A stretch of DNA of 64,000 nt from Octopus vulgaris (lineage: Eukaryota): positions 57,722,001-57,786,000 of the forward strand of contig OX597827.1 of the NCBI GenBank assembly GCA_951406725.2. Direction: 5' to 3'. A program made the translations under genes and the position numbers. Below the pieces are notes generated by a model. That model did no database searches and was not told the origin of the DNA. It saw nothing but the letters and a program-made list of their open reading frames with translations. Below, piece by piece: positions 40,073-55,202 of the stretch. Numbering within the stretch: position 1 is the first letter of the stretch; each line of letters starts with the position of its first letter.

Positions 40073-40512
40073 ATATTTATGTGTGTGTGTGTGTTCGTTA
40101 ATTCATTATCATTTGCCATGATTGACTTACTGCCTGGAGGTCATTGTTAAGTAATCTCCAGAGGATTTCCAAGTCTGGAATCATGAATATTTTAGAAGAT
40201 TCCTCAGAATGCTTAGTGCTCTCAGGAGATACAATTCATGTGTTGTGAATAAGGTGTGTAGGCATGAAAGACCGAATCAGTCAAGAACTGTGAAAAAAAA
40301 AAAAGATGGAACCATCCTCTCAGCGTGCAGCCATGAATGCAGATCAGCTTCTCATAAGCTAACCTTAAAATACTGTATTATTTGGTATCATCAATGAAAG
40401 AATCAAATGTCAAGTGAGGTCATCATGAAGATTGCTCTCTTAAATTGTTATCTCCCTTTTTGAAAGATGATCAAGCAGTTCGCTCTCCCTTTCTCCCTCT
40501 ACAATCATGTCT

Positions 40513-40587
<75 letters not shown>

Positions 40588-40863
40588 CCATTCATTCTCT
40601 CTCTCTATCTATTTCCATTCTTTCTCTCTATTCATCCTCTCTCCATTCATCCTCTCTCTCTCTCCCTACCTACTTACCTACTTACCTACTTACCTACATA
40701 CATACATACATACATACATACATACATACATACTTGGATCTAGGTTAGAAACCGGTTCTTTCTCTGTTGACAAGAATCTTGAAATAAACTGAATAATGAC
40801 ATACATACCTAATTCCCTGTCTGTTTATTTGCCTTCCTGCTTGTCTGTGTGTATGTCTGTCTG

Positions 40864-40902
<39 letters not shown>

Positions 40903-41130
40903 GTCTGTCTTTTTCTCTCTCTTTCTCTTTTCTCTCTCCCTGTCATAGAAAGAGAGAAGAGAGAGAGAGAGAAAAGAGAAAAAGAGACAGACAGACACAC
41001 CTATCTGACTACCTACCCACTGACTTACCTACCTAACTCTCTGTTTGTCTGTCTGTCTGTCTCTCTGCCTCTCTCTCTCTCTCTCTCTCTATGTACTTAC
41101 CTAACTACCTATCTACCTACATACCCACTG

Positions 41131-41171
<41 letters not shown>

Positions 41172-41799
41172 TTGTTTATTACTTATGATGAAACGTCTAT
41201 TAGAATGGATGAGGGTAAAAGGGGCAAGATTTGGTATTTTCCAATCCTGGGAAAATATTTTCATCATCACAAGCAAGTATAACATACGGAAGATAGTAAT
41301 AACAGAGAGAGAATCCTGTCTCAAGAAAGATTTTATAGAGTGTTCACCTTCCATAAACTTCACCTTGCTGTCAGACTTGTCTTGCCAACACCATTGCTGA
41401 TGTGTCACGGCTCTTTTTTCAGTTTTATGCTTCTTTTACGGTTCACTTTTCTGTTTTGTGTTTTATCCTATGTATGATGTAAGTACTTATAGCTATAATT
41501 TTTTTTTTTTCTTTAGCTGACGTTTTGATTTATAACTCCTTCTGTTTACTCCTTTCATCATTTTCTTAAGAGCTTTAGTGCACTTAAGTATTGTATGCAA
41601 TAAGTTTTTTAAAGCCAGGTTGAATAATCACAAATACTCTTTTAGAATCCAAGGGAATTGCAATGTTACAACATTAGCCACTATATAGGGTGATTAACAG
41701 AAGAAGTAATGCTGTATAAGATCAAATGGAAGTTGCTTGGAACAGTCTGTCTATATATGAATGGGTTTCAGTTGCACAAGTTTTTCTTGATTGTGTCAA

Positions 41800-42409
41800 G
41801 AACAATGAAAACTTTTTGATAGCTTTGCATAGGCCTCTGAGCAGGTATCACCAAGCTTTTGGCAAAATTTGAAACAGATTCTCAGCTCAACTTTCTCTGT
41901 CATGGTCAATGCAATGATCACCCGCTACACACCTTCCTTCCAAGTACTGCTGTAAACAACAGAAGTAAGCTAAAATAAGGTGGCGAGCTGGCAGAAATGT
42001 TAGCAAAAGTGGCAAGCTGGCAGAAACATTAGTGAAGGCGGTGAGCTGGCAGAAACATTAGCACACTGGGCAAAATGCTTAGTGGTATTTCGTCTGCTAA
42101 TACGTTCTGAGTTCAAATTCCGCCAAGGTCGACTTTGCCTTTCATCCTTTCGGGATCGATTAAATAAGTACCAGTTATGCACTGGGGTCGATATAATCGC
42201 CTTAATACGTTTGTCTGTCCTTGTTTGTCCCCTCTGTGTGTAGCCCCTTGTGGGCAGTAAAGAAATAAGAAGTAAGCTAAAATGTTAAAACTTAATGCAC
42301 AGCATGCAGAGCAGAGTTCAAGGTCAATCTGCACCAAATAGCTTTGCTCTGTGTGCTCAAGCTTCATAACTATGGCAACAGTTCACGTACTTATCGATCA
42401 GACCACATA
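41800..42409 (-). mobile_element. mariner 5' fragment with nested family B SINE (41977-42267, +)
   Basis: Minus strand MTEKVELRICFKFCQKLG; terminus tatgtggtctgatcgataagt; SINE TSD agaagtaagctaaaat at 41961-41976 and 42268-42283. Confidence 0.8.
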
Positions 42410-43439
42410 TGAGCAACTGATCTGTATTCATTTACTGTGTTTCCCCCATCATGGGGCATTGGACTGAAGGTCCAAACTGACATACTTAGCGTTTTATTCA
42501 GACCACATCTCTCCAGGTGGATAAAAACTGGAATGTAGTTATGAGCAGGATAGCCAGTATCATCCACAAAGTATGTGTATACGTAGTTATGTATGAATGA
42601 ATGCATATATGTTTGTATGCGTTTGTATGCGGATGTATATATATGTGCATGTGTATTTATGTATGTTGGTATTGTGCTTAAGTATATCTATGTGTATGTA
42701 TATATGTATGTATATATAAGCATACATTCTCTATTTGGTGCTCTTTCATTTATAGTTATCTAAAAGTCTCATCAATTTTGTATCATTCTGTCGTATTTTT
42801 TTTTAATGATAATCTCTTCTAATGTAAAGTATTTTATGATGCCATCATGGCATTTAAGGAGCCACCATCATTATCACCACCACCACTACAACCACTAGAC
42901 AAAATGTTTATTGGTATTTCATCCATCTTTATGTCATGAGTTCAACTTCTGCCAAGATCACCTTTACCTTTCACCCTTTTAGGGTCAATGAAATAAGTAC
43001 CACTTGAACACTGGGCTCGATGTAATTGATTAGTCCCCTCACCCCAAATTTCAGGCTTGTACTTACAGTAAAAATGATTACAAGGTCATTCATATCTAAG
43101 AGGCATTATAGGAATATAAATCAGCCCATTGACTGATTGGGACATTATTTCATTGAAAACAGAAGAATGAGGGACATAGCTGAAATCAGTTGGATTTGAA
43201 CTCAGAATATAAAGGGTTGTAACATTAATATACTGCTAGACATGTTGTCCAATGTTCTAATAGTTCAGCCAATCGACAAAACAATGTCTTGAAAAAATAA
43301 CTTGGTAAGACTCAAGGGAGATTAAGCTCTTTTCATTCTGAGCTCATATTTGACCATGGATCAAATTTCCTTTTTTTAAACTCAAAAAAATTAAAAGAAA
43401 TGGTTACAAAAGAAGGATTTTCTAACTATGTCATCACAA

Positions 43440-43611
43440 GGCACTGGAGTGGCTGTGTGGTAAGTGGCTTGCTTACCAACCACATGGTTCTGGATTCATT
43501 CCCACTGTGTGGCACCTTGGGCAAGTTCCTGCCTCAGGCCGACCAAAGCCTTGTGGGTGGATTTGGTAGACAGAAACTGAAAGAAGCCCGTCATATATAT
43601 GTATGTATATG

Positions 43612-43695
<84 letters not shown>

Positions 43696-43907
43696 TGTGT
43701 TTGTGTTTGTGTATATGTTTGTGTGTCTTTGAGTGGACAAACGTGGTGTGTTTATGTCCCCGTAACTTAGTGGTTTGGCAAAAGAGACTAATAGAATAAG
43801 TACTAGGCTTCCAAAAATAAGTCCTGGGGTCGATTTGCTTGACTAAAGGCGGTGCTCCAGCATGGCCACAGTCAAATGACTGAAACAAGTAAAAAAGAGT
43901 AAAAGAG
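43440..43907 (+). mobile_element. SINE family A, full length with long (TG)n
   Basis: ggagtggctgtgtggtaag...ttcattcccactg...gaaacaagtaaaa. Confidence 0.9.
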
Positions 43908-44546
43908 TAGAAGAGTATCCCATCATAGGTAGTAAATTAGTACCAGTAATATACTGAGCTTGATTCAATAGACCTTTGAGCAGTCTAATGAGAGACAGTA
44001 TTCTGCTTCCTCCTCTCCTGAAAATGTATAAATGTAAGGAAAGGTCTTGTGATGACAAAGTTAGAAAATCCTTATTTTGCAACCATTTCTTTTAATTTTT
44101 TTGAGTTGAAAAAAAATTTTTTTTATCAAGCTGAAAACTGTGCTCCAGTTGGGGCTTTATGGTGATCATTAAAACTAACTGAAGAATTAAGCTAGAGCAC
44201 TTTGACATTGTTTTGGACTGAATGATAGACAATGCTGCTAAGATGTAAGTGAACTATAAATATTTCATCACTGTTGTCATAGTTACAGTCATTCTCAACA
44301 ACAACAACAACTACAACAAAAATGATGGTAGCATCTGTTAAGAACTTCTCTATCAATTAAACATTAATATTTTAACTGAGAGAGAAACAGCAGAATTGGT
44401 AGTGTATCAAATTGCCTTGTGGTATTTTGTTACGAAGCCATGTGTTCTTAATTCAAATCCCAACGAGGTTGCCTTTGCTTTTCATTCTTCCAGGGGTCAA
44501 TCAATGATAAAATATGTACCATTTAATATACTGGGGCCAACTTTAA

Positions 44547-44767
44547 CCCTTTCATTACTGTATTTATTTTGAGATGCTCTGTGCTTCTTTCAATTAATTT
44601 ATTTATAACAAAGAATTTAGTAAAATAACTTAGTTATCATTCGGCTAGTATTAGGAACATAAACTGTGACTAAGGTTTGGTGGAAGATTTTAGTTCAAAA
44701 CTTTTGAAAACAAAACATTTGTACTACAGAGCCAGAGCCGGTTTCAGCCGGGTTGGTAACGAAAGGG
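44547..44767. mobile_element. TTAA-specific (piggyBac-type) MITE
   Basis: ttaa|ccctttcattac ... gtaacgaaaggg|ttaa. Confidence 0.85.
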
Positions 44768-45021
44768 TTAATGACTGTAACCATCCTTGAAATAACATGT
44801 CCCAATGTTATGAATCAATATTTTGAGTTGTTGTTGTTGTTTGTGCCCATGTCAACTCCAATAAAGCACATCTATTATCAAAGGCATTCCATTTATGACA
44901 ATCTAGTCTTTTTAGACACATGTATAAACCAACTTTTCTGCATGTACTATCAATGATCATTTGGCACGATTTACTAAATAATCACTGAAAATACATACAT
45001 ACATGCATACATATATATGTA

Positions 45022-45415
45022 TACTCTTTTACTCTCTTTTACTTGTTTCAGTCATTTGACTGTGGCCTTGCTGGAGCACCACCTTTAGTCGAGCAAACCA
45101 GCCCCAGGACTTATTCTTTGTAAGCCTAGTATTTATTCTATCGGTCTCTTTTGCCAAACCACTAAGTTACGGGGACGTAAACACATCAGCATCGGTTGTC
45201 AAGCGATGTTGGGGGACAAACACAGACACACACATATATATACATATATACGACAGGCTTCTTTCAGTTTCCGTCTACCAAATCCACTCACAAGGCTTTG
45301 GTCAGCCCAAGGCTATAGTAGAAGACACTTGCCCAAGGTGCCACGCAGTGGGACTGAACCCGGAACCATGTGGTTTGTAAGCAAACTACTTATCACACAA
45401 CCACTCCTACGCCTA
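45022..45415 (-). mobile_element. SINE family A, full length
   Basis: Colinear with 5418-5825. Confidence 0.9.
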
Positions 45416-46400
45416 TGTATCTGTGTATATATAATTACATGTGTGTCTTTATATTTATATCCACACCTTCCACACCACTTGATAACTAGTGTTGCTTTGT
45501 TTACACCCTTGTAAACAAGGTCCCAAGCAGTGGGTCTGAACTCAAAACCATGTAGTAGCAGAGTGAGCTTCTTAACCACACAACCATGAGGGTTGACAAC
45601 AAGAAGGGCATCTGGTTACAGAAAATTTCCCTCATGCCATTCCCCACCTTGTTCAAGTTTTTTTTTTTTGTTATTGAAGAACAGTAAAGTGCAGTTTGAA
45701 GGAGATCTAACTGTTATTTCTAGTAAGCAGAGCAGCTATACAATTAATTTAATCGACCATGCATGCTTCTGTCCCATACGCAAAAATCTCACCCTGAATC
45801 CAAGAGAGTTCTCTTAATTCCGAATGGAAATCTCCACTTAAAAATACCATACAGTTCTATGATTTCTAGGCTATTTACATTTCCTTGTGTTCCGTCAAAC
45901 CTCTCTCTAGCTATGTCTGACATTGTGTTACCACAAGTTCCGTAGTTAGACTATTGCAACCAAATAAGAAGCAGTTCTGTGGTAGCTGATATCCTAGTCA
46001 TGTCTTGTAATTTAAGATCACATCTGTATAGGTTTTCACTGAGATGGTTTAGTAGAGGTGGTGGTGGTGGTGGTGATGGTAACGGTGATGGTGATGGTGA
46101 GAGTGGTGAGTATGAAGATACCTGCCACTCTTTCCCTCTCTTCCTGCCTCTCTCTTTCTGGTTATTTTTTCTTTTCTGTTTCTCTCTTTTTCTTCTCTTT
46201 CTTTCTTTCTTTCTTTTTTTCTTTCTTTCTTTCTTTCTTTCTTTCTTTTTTTCTTTCTCTTTTTTCTTTTTCTCATTTTTATTTTTCTCTATCATAACTA
46301 CTTACTTTCTTTCCCTCAAGCATTGAATGTTTCTGGCTATTTATCATTCTATCCTTCTCTCCCTCCTCCCTCCTCCTTCCCCCTCTCTTCCTCACCTCTA

Positions 46401-46448
<48 letters not shown>

Positions 46449-46489
46449 TTACATACATATACATATACATACATACATACATACATACA

Positions 46490-46522
<33 letters not shown>

Positions 46523-46523
46523 G

Positions 46524-46733
46524 CAGGGTGTCCCAGAAGTCACGCTCCATTCTGGTTTTCATTAAAAATTATTAAAGCAATTTATTTTATTATATATTTT
46601 CTGCATATTTCATTGTAGAGGGTGCTCAGTTTGAGAATTTGTTATGAATTAATTTCAATAACATGTTTTTGAAATCAGTAAGGGTGCATTCTTTTAAAAA
46701 ACCACGGTGGTGCGCAACTTCTGGGACGACCTG
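46524..46733. mobile_element. Tc1/mariner-type MITE
   Basis: TIRs cagggtgtcccagaagtcacgctcca / tggtgcgcaacttctgggacgacctg. Confidence 0.75.
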
Positions 46734-46737
46734 CATT

Positions 46738-46803
<66 letters not shown>

Positions 46804-46807
46804 ATAT

Positions 46808-47560
<753 letters not shown>

Positions 47561-48112
47561 GCACCATTACAAATATAGTTGCTCTCCATGGCGTTAGAAA
47601 GGGCATCCAACTGTAGAAACCCTGCCAGATCAAGATTGGAGCCTGGTGCAGCCATCTGGTTCGCCAGTCCTCAGTCAAATCGTCCAACCCATGCTAGCAT
47701 GGAAAGCGGACGTTAAACAATGATGATGATGATGATGGTGATGATGACTAATAGAATGACAATGCAAAAGAAAAGACATGTATGTGGAAATATGCAAATT
47801 AGTGTAAATGAATCGGAGTGGAAATACAGCCAAGTGGTTATAGTCATTAAAAGAAATATTCACAATAAGAGGAAAAAAATTTATTTGAATTTTGATACAG
47901 AGCAGCCAAATATATTTATTCAACTCATTAAAGCATTGAAAAAAATGTCTGTGGTATTTGTTTCAGTTCAGTGTATTCTGGGTTCAAATCCCACTGAAGC
48001 CATTCATCTTTTCAGAGTCAATACAATAAAATACCAGCCCAGTGCTGAAGCTTATTTCTCTCTCTCTCTCTGTCTGTCTGTCTGTCTCTGTCTCTGTCTC
48101 TCTCTCTCTGTC

Positions 48113-48165
<53 letters not shown>

Positions 48166-48397
48166 TACAGAACTGGATGTATTCTGCCTTGTTATTTATT
48201 GTCTTTCATCCAGTCGAAACTTTAGATTAAAAAGGAGGGATGAGCAAAAACCTAGCAAAATCTTGTGAGAAAAAAAAACAGGAGGAGGTGGAGAAACAGC
48301 AGCAGCAGCAAAAGGAGGCTAGCTATAGAAAATGTTCGAAAAAGAAGCCAATGTGAACCTTTGCCGCCAGGGTAACCACTAATGAATTGATGTTTGG

Positions 48398-48753
48398 TGC
48401 AACATGGAGTGAAGGACTAATTATGTGCAGAGACCCCACTTCGGTCATGAATGACCATGGGATTGCACCTAGAAAGTTACCCTCCAAGGGACAAGTCAAG
48501 GCAAGGTTCTTTATGGAAGACCAGCAGTCGCCCATGCATACCAGCCTCCCCTCTACATGCTGCCAGTGTCATCCAAGGGAAAGGCAAAGGGGCCGATACA
48601 GCTTGGTACCTATGACGTTGCAACTCATTTCTACAGCTGAGTGAACTGGAGTGTCTTGCTCAAGAACACAACACGCAGCCCGGTCCGGGAATCGAACTTA
48701 CAACCTCACAATCATAAGCTCGAAGCTCTAACCACTGAGCCATGCGCCTTCAC
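48398..48753 (-). mobile_element. tRNA-derived SINE with RTE-like 3' end
   Basis: Minus strand gaaggcgcatggctcagtggttagagc...gttcgattcccggacc; paralogue of 17525-17850. Confidence 0.88.
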
Positions 48754-49271
48754 TACTAATGATGTATTGATATTGATATACAAGTGAAATGTAGTGAGCT
48801 GGCAGAATCATTAGCATGCCAGGCAAAATGCTCAGCAGCATTTTATCTGTCTTTATGTTCTGAGTTCAAATTCCACCAAGGTCAAATTTGCCTTTCATCC
48901 TTTTTTTTTATGTGATGTGGGGGTCAATAAAATAAGTATCAGCTGAGCACTGGGGTCAATTTAATTGATTTAACCCCTCCCCTCAAATTGCTGGCCTTGT
49001 ACCAGTTCTAGCATCATTCCTTCATAGTCAGCATATCAACTTTTCAGCCCACCCTTGTAAAATAGTTTCCAGTTTTTTCAACTTGTTCAAACACTATAGC
49101 AAAAAAAGAAGTATATGAAGGCAAACTCTATTTTGTTTTCTCATTAATGAAAAGTTGAGGTGCCAAGAACTTTACACTAATATTTTTTTGGAGGTTGTTG
49201 GGTGCCTGGTTTTTATGAGCTTGAGTTCTTCTGCACTATCTCACAGACACAACATTGCTCTCTCTCTCTCA

Positions 49272-49302
<31 letters not shown>

Positions 49303-49305
49303 CTC

Positions 49306-49344
<39 letters not shown>

Positions 49345-49519
49345 ACATATATACATGTGTGAGTTTGTGTGTATTTTTGTGTGTGCACATGCATCTGTGT
49401 GTGTATATATGTATATATATATATATATGTATATATACACACGTACGCGCACACACACACTCACACACACACTCACACACACATGCACGCTCACAAATGC
49501 ACACACACACACATACACA

Positions 49520-50090
49520 CAGACATGCAGGAAGTAAATAGACACCTTTAATATTCAAAATTTCTGATCTAAGCATTTTAATATGTTTTCAGCAGTGTAG
49601 AATTTACAATGTAATTATTCTTTTTCATTCCAAGTGCCATTATATTAAACACCTGGCGAAGAGTAACCAAGCCATGCACAAAAAATTCAGCAGAACTGTC
49701 AGATTTTCAAAGAGGTCGCATTGTTGGGCAATCTGAGGCTGGCCTTAGCCAGCAAAAAATTGCCAAAAATCTTCAAATTCCTCTTTCTTCTGTTAATAGA
49801 ATTATAGTACAATTCAAAAGCCAAGGAAAAGAATCAACAGATTCTTGTTCTGGCCGACCTGGGCCCTCAGAAAGGAAGCATCACTGTTTGAAGAGCATTG
49901 TGGAAAACGAACCCTGTTCGAATGCTTCTGACATTGCAAAACAGCTAGAAGTTAGTCCAAGAATGTGTGTTACATATCTGCATAAGCTTGGGTATTATGA
50001 ACAAGCAGCTAGAAGAAAACCTCTCCTTCAACCAATTAATATCAAATAAAAGATTCTGAAAATTAAAGGTGTCTATTTACTTCCTGCGTG

Positions 50091-50094
<4 letters not shown>
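49520..50094 (+). mobile_element. Tc1 deletion derivative keeping both TIRs and the DNA-binding region
   Basis: TIRs cagacatgcaggaagtaaatagacaccttta / taaaggtgtctatttacttcctgcgtgtctg|ta; frame [28 protein letters not shown]...GRP...ARRKPLL; no DDE domain. Confidence 0.9.
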
Positions 50095-50124
<30 letters not shown>

Positions 50125-50127
<3 letters not shown>

Positions 50128-50470
50128 TCTCTTTACTCTTTTACTTGTTTCAGTCATTTGACTGTGGCCATGCTGGAGCACTACCTTTAGTCGAGCAAAT
50201 CTGTTTCTTTATTACCCACAAGGGGCTAAACATAGAGAGGACAAACAAGGACAGACAAACGAATTAAGTCGATTACATCGATCCCAGTGCATAACTGGTA
50301 CTTATTTAATCGACCCCGAAAGGATGAAAGGCAAAGTCGACCTCGGCGGAATTTGAACTCAGAACGTAACGGCAGACGTAATACGGCTACGCATTTCGCC
50401 CGGCGTGTGAACGTTTCTGCCAGGACTTATTCTTTGGAAGCACAGTACTTATTCTATCGGTCCCTTTTGC
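50125..50470 (-). mobile_element. Family A SINE fragment with nested family B SINE (50203-50421)
   Basis: Family A sequence gagcaaatc|...|ccaggacttattctttg is interrupted. Confidence 0.85.
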
Positions 50471-51171
50471 ATGTTTTCTTTCTTTCTGGTTAATAGGAAG
50501 GAGTTGTGTGAACTGATTTGTATATGATTAGCATGTTAGATCACCACCAAAAATGTAATCAGTGCAAGTGAGGGTTAAATGTGGTGAGATTAGTTAGAGG
50601 GTTGGAATGGCTGAATCATTTAAACCTTTAGCATTCAAGTTATTTTGCTGTCAAGTGTAATGCTTATTTATTCACTCTGTTTTGAAGAAATTATGCATTT
50701 TCCCATTGCTTTAAGTTTTTGATGATGTGATTGTTTACAATGACATTGTTGGAAAGGTGTGAGAGACTGAATCTAGCTGATTTGAACACAATAGAAATAG
50801 GATATTTGGACCAGATCTGGCCAGTTTGAACATAAAACAGAATATTTCAGCCAAATCTGGCCAGTTTGAGTATAAAAAATGTAGAATATTTGGGCTAAAT
50901 CTGACTGTGTAGTTTTTATGTACATGCCAAATTAACCCTTAGCTAGGGCCCTGGAAAATGCTACTACTTTGGGTCTAAGCAGACCTGAGAATAACAGTGG
51001 CTAAGAGATGGTTCCACACTCTTCAAAACCCTGGAATTCCTGAACCAGGGCCCTACTACTAAATGATAGTTAGAGTCATGTTAATACAGACATACATATA
51101 CATACATACATGCATGTATGTATGCATACATACATACATACATACATACATACATACATACATACATACAT

Positions 51172-51553
51172 AAGGGCACTCCGTTGCTTACGACGATGAG
51201 GGTTCCAGTTGATCCGATCGATGGAACAGCCTGCTTGTGAAATTAATGTGCAAGTGGTTGAGCACTCCACAGACACGTGTACCCTTAACGAAGTACTCGG
51301 GGATATTCAGCATGACACAGAGTGTGACAAGGCTGGCCCTTTGAATTACAGGTACAACAGAAAACAGGAAGAAAGAGTGAGAGAAAGTTGTCGTAAAAGA
51401 GTACAGCAGAGTTCGCCACCATCCCCTGCCGGAGCCTCGTGGAGCTTTAGGTGTTTTCGCTCAATAAACACTCACAACACCCAGTCTGGAAATCGAAACC
51501 ACAATCCTATGACCAAGAGTCTACTGCCCTAACCACTGGGCCATTGTGCATCC
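51172..51553 (-). mobile_element. tRNA-derived SINE (second head type, alternative tail)
   Basis: Head shared with 20985-21268; tail shared with 58050-58370. Confidence 0.8.
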
Positions 51554-52410
51554 ACAGCATACATACATACATACATACATACATGCTAAAGGATCAAACA
51601 GAAAAAATTGCTTTGCAGTATTTGCTATGATTCTATACTTTCTGAGTTCAAATCTCACAGAGGTCGACTTTACCTTTCATCCCTCCTGCATCAATATAAT
51701 AAAGTACAAGCCAAATACTTGGGACAGTGGCATTATCTAATCCCTCTCCTCAAAATTGCTAACTTTGTGTCTGAATTAGAAACAGTTATTAGATGCTGTG
51801 CATCATGGTCAAGGCTGACCAGTTGAGTAATCTCTCTGAAGGCTGTTAACTACTTTGGCTATTAATTCCAGATACCACAAGTAAGTTACAATAAAATTTT
51901 GTCATGTAAAGACTTTAATTATGGACGAAACTTGCAGCACAAACTTGACCTGCTGAGAGCTGAAAGTACACGAATATTGTTGAAATAGATGTGCTTTTAA
52001 ACAGATTGATTCAACAGAGAATTTCTAAAAATACTCTTATATGGTTATGTCAATATATATTGTAGGATATGGCTTTGTTATCACTTCTTTTTATTCATAT
52101 TCATGTAATCTTAAGTTCAAGTGTCTGTTTCTTGTATCTTCTCTGTATATCAATGACAATTTGGTACATATTCTATGAAAATCAAAAAGAGTTTGATAAT
52201 ATTTGACAACGCTGCTTACACATGTATATTGACAAATATGAATGAATTACTGAGGCAACTTGTTAAACCAATCTTATTTCATTTTATTTCTTGCTCACCA
52301 TTTCTAAGAATTTGCTTTTACTGGCAAAAGAAAAAAAAAATCAACAAGAAAAAAGCAAGCAAATATACATACATGCAAATATACATACATGCAAACCATA
52401 CATACATACA

Positions 52411-52444
<34 letters not shown>

Positions 52445-52455
52445 CATACATACAT

Positions 52456-52502
<47 letters not shown>

Positions 52503-52523
52503 TACATACATACATACATACAT

Positions 52524-52554
<31 letters not shown>

Positions 52555-53159
52555 TACATACATACATACATACATACATACATACATACATACATACATA
52601 CATACATACATACATACATACATACATACATGGTGATCGCTCCATCTTCACAGATAATTGCTGTCTCTTTGTGTTACCTCACTGTCAATAGCATTTCTGA
52701 CTTTCCTTTCATGACCTTTCAGATAAACTGTTCAGACCTACTGCTTTGTAACTGTGCTTCCAAATGGTTAGGTCTGCACTTGTCACCACTCTTCTCACAT
52801 CATAGGACTTTCAGTTGGTAGATGGAAAGATAATAATGATAAATGACGTCAACCTACAGAGATGTCTATACATCACTGAATTATAGTAATAAATGCTTGT
52901 TCACCATGAATGACAGGCCAAAGTGAGATAACCAGTAACTACATGAAACTGCAGGTTTTACATCAGTGTCCCTCTCCAAGTAGGATGCTCTAACAATAGA
53001 TAGGGGTCTCTCACTCCCGGTAGTTTTTATTTACATGCCAAATTAACCTTTAGCTAGGGCCCTGGAAAATGCTACTACTTTGGGTCTAAGTAGACCTGAG
53101 AATAACAGTGGCTAAGTGGTGGTTCCACACTCTTCAAAACCCTGGAATTCCTGAACCAG

Positions 53160-54362
53160 TTATGTTTGATTTGATTGTTTCCCCTATATCTGACAAGGGA
53201 AGTTGCAGGTATCTAGGGGTGGATGAAAATATATCTTACAATGGTATCTGTAACAAAACATGTAGCCGAATAAAGAAATTTAGACCTCAAAACTCACTGC
53301 ATTTGATAAAACAGTGGCCCACAATGTGTTTGCAGTACCAGTATTCATACCAACATTTGGGCTGCTTTACTGGACAGTTGATGAGATCCAAGCCATTGAT
53401 GTGAAAACCTGAAAAATACAAGCACATAATTTCCACATAAACAGTGATGTAGACCACCTCTACCTAAAACGAAAGCAAGGTGGCAGAGGCTTAACATCGA
53501 TCCAAAATGCCTTTGAATGTCGTATCATATCCCTTTGGCAGCATCTTTTAACCACCAAATGTCAAAGTGCATCCCTTGATCAAGTTTGCATACATGAGGC
53601 TGATAACATCATAAGACTTGGAAGGCAGCTCCTTGAGCACCATTCTTTGTCTGATAACCTAGAATGCATGCCTGACACTACTGTAATGTCTCAACTGATG
53701 AAAGGATGAGTCTATACAAGCAGAAGACTATGCATGGATATATTAGTAGAAAGCTCTGAGATGACAGTAACATCGATCATCAAAGCAGTTTATCATGGAT
53801 CAATAGCCAGATTACTTCCTCCCACTTTGAAGGGTATGGGTTTGCAATCCAGGAACAGGAAATATCAACCAAGTACCTGATGCACAAAAGGGATAGAGAT
53901 GCAAGGAAAGCAGTAAAATGTGACAACTGATGCAGACTTTGTGGAGTTAACACCGAAGATATCACCCACATCATAAGCAGTTATCAGAAAATGTGATCAC
54001 GGTATAATCTACCGAGGAGATATGATGTTGTAGCTAGGACACTCTATAATGAAATCCATCAGAAGAATAACCCCGAGAACAAAGAAAAAAGAACCCACAA
54101 TATAGTAGAAGCCATAGCCACTCATAATAAAAAGGAATACTGATGAATGTCCCAGTGAAAAGGTCAATAAAATGTAAGCATAACAGACCTGATATGATGA
54201 TTTGGGACAGAGAAAAGAAACTGTGGAAATTAGCTGCCCAGCAGATGTTAACATAAAGCTGAAGCTCAATGAAAAAGAGAATATTTACACTGAACCATTG
54301 AGAAATCTGCAGTTACTGTATCCAGATTACAAGTTCAAATTTATACTTGTAATTATTGGAGA
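53160..54362 (+). mobile_element. Decayed R4/Dong-clade (RLE-type) non-LTR retrotransposon 3' half
   Basis: RYLGV, LYLKRKQGGRGL, MHGY, EGYGFAIQEQEI.TK, CRLCG..TEDITHIIS (CCHC-like), RYDVV, HNRPDMMIWD, VEISCP.D...K..EK...Y..L; many stops. Confidence 0.9.
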
Positions 54363-54448
54363 CTTGTTCTCTATTGGCAAGAAATCTTGAAATAAAACTG
54401 AACGATGACATACATACACGTGTCCATTCCTCCATCCATCCATCTATC

Positions 54449-54565
<117 letters not shown>

Positions 54566-55041
54566 GGATAGATAGATATACATACATACATGCATACACA
54601 CACATATGTACAATCAAATACATACATGCATGCATATATATATATATACATACACTCACACATACATACATACATACACATACATACATACATACATACA
54701 TACATACATACATACATACATACATACATACATACATACATACATACATAAGCATATATGTATATATTTGCACATAAATATGTAACTCGATGTAAAATCT
54801 TCTATCCATCTTCATTCACTCTTTTGAATTTAGTAATATTTCATTTTTGTCTGTGTGTCTATTATTTTTCCATGCCACTGAAATCAAAGATATGTATCAC
54901 GTATTATATCGTATATACAATTATTTATAATGGTTTGAGTAATTTGTCACAGCTACATTGATTTATTGACCAGCAAATAAAAACATTGTTTAATGTTATT
55001 CTACTGCAGTTTTATTTATCATGGACTGAATTTATAGTTCT

Positions 55042-55079
<38 letters not shown>

Positions 55080-55162
55080 ATGCACACAGACACATATACA
55101 TTCATACATACACATGCATACATATATATAAGTATACACATTCATACATACATACATACACG

Positions 55163-55202
<40 letters not shown>

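Noticed and set aside
39434-40119. Poly-Asp/Ser/His/Met ORFs
   Set aside because: Translations of the (GAT)n SINE tail expansion
50910-53159. Direct repeats at 50910-51048 and 53020-53158 as LTRs of one element
   Set aside because: No PBS/PPT, TSD or internal coding sequence; more likely two copies of a dispersed repeat
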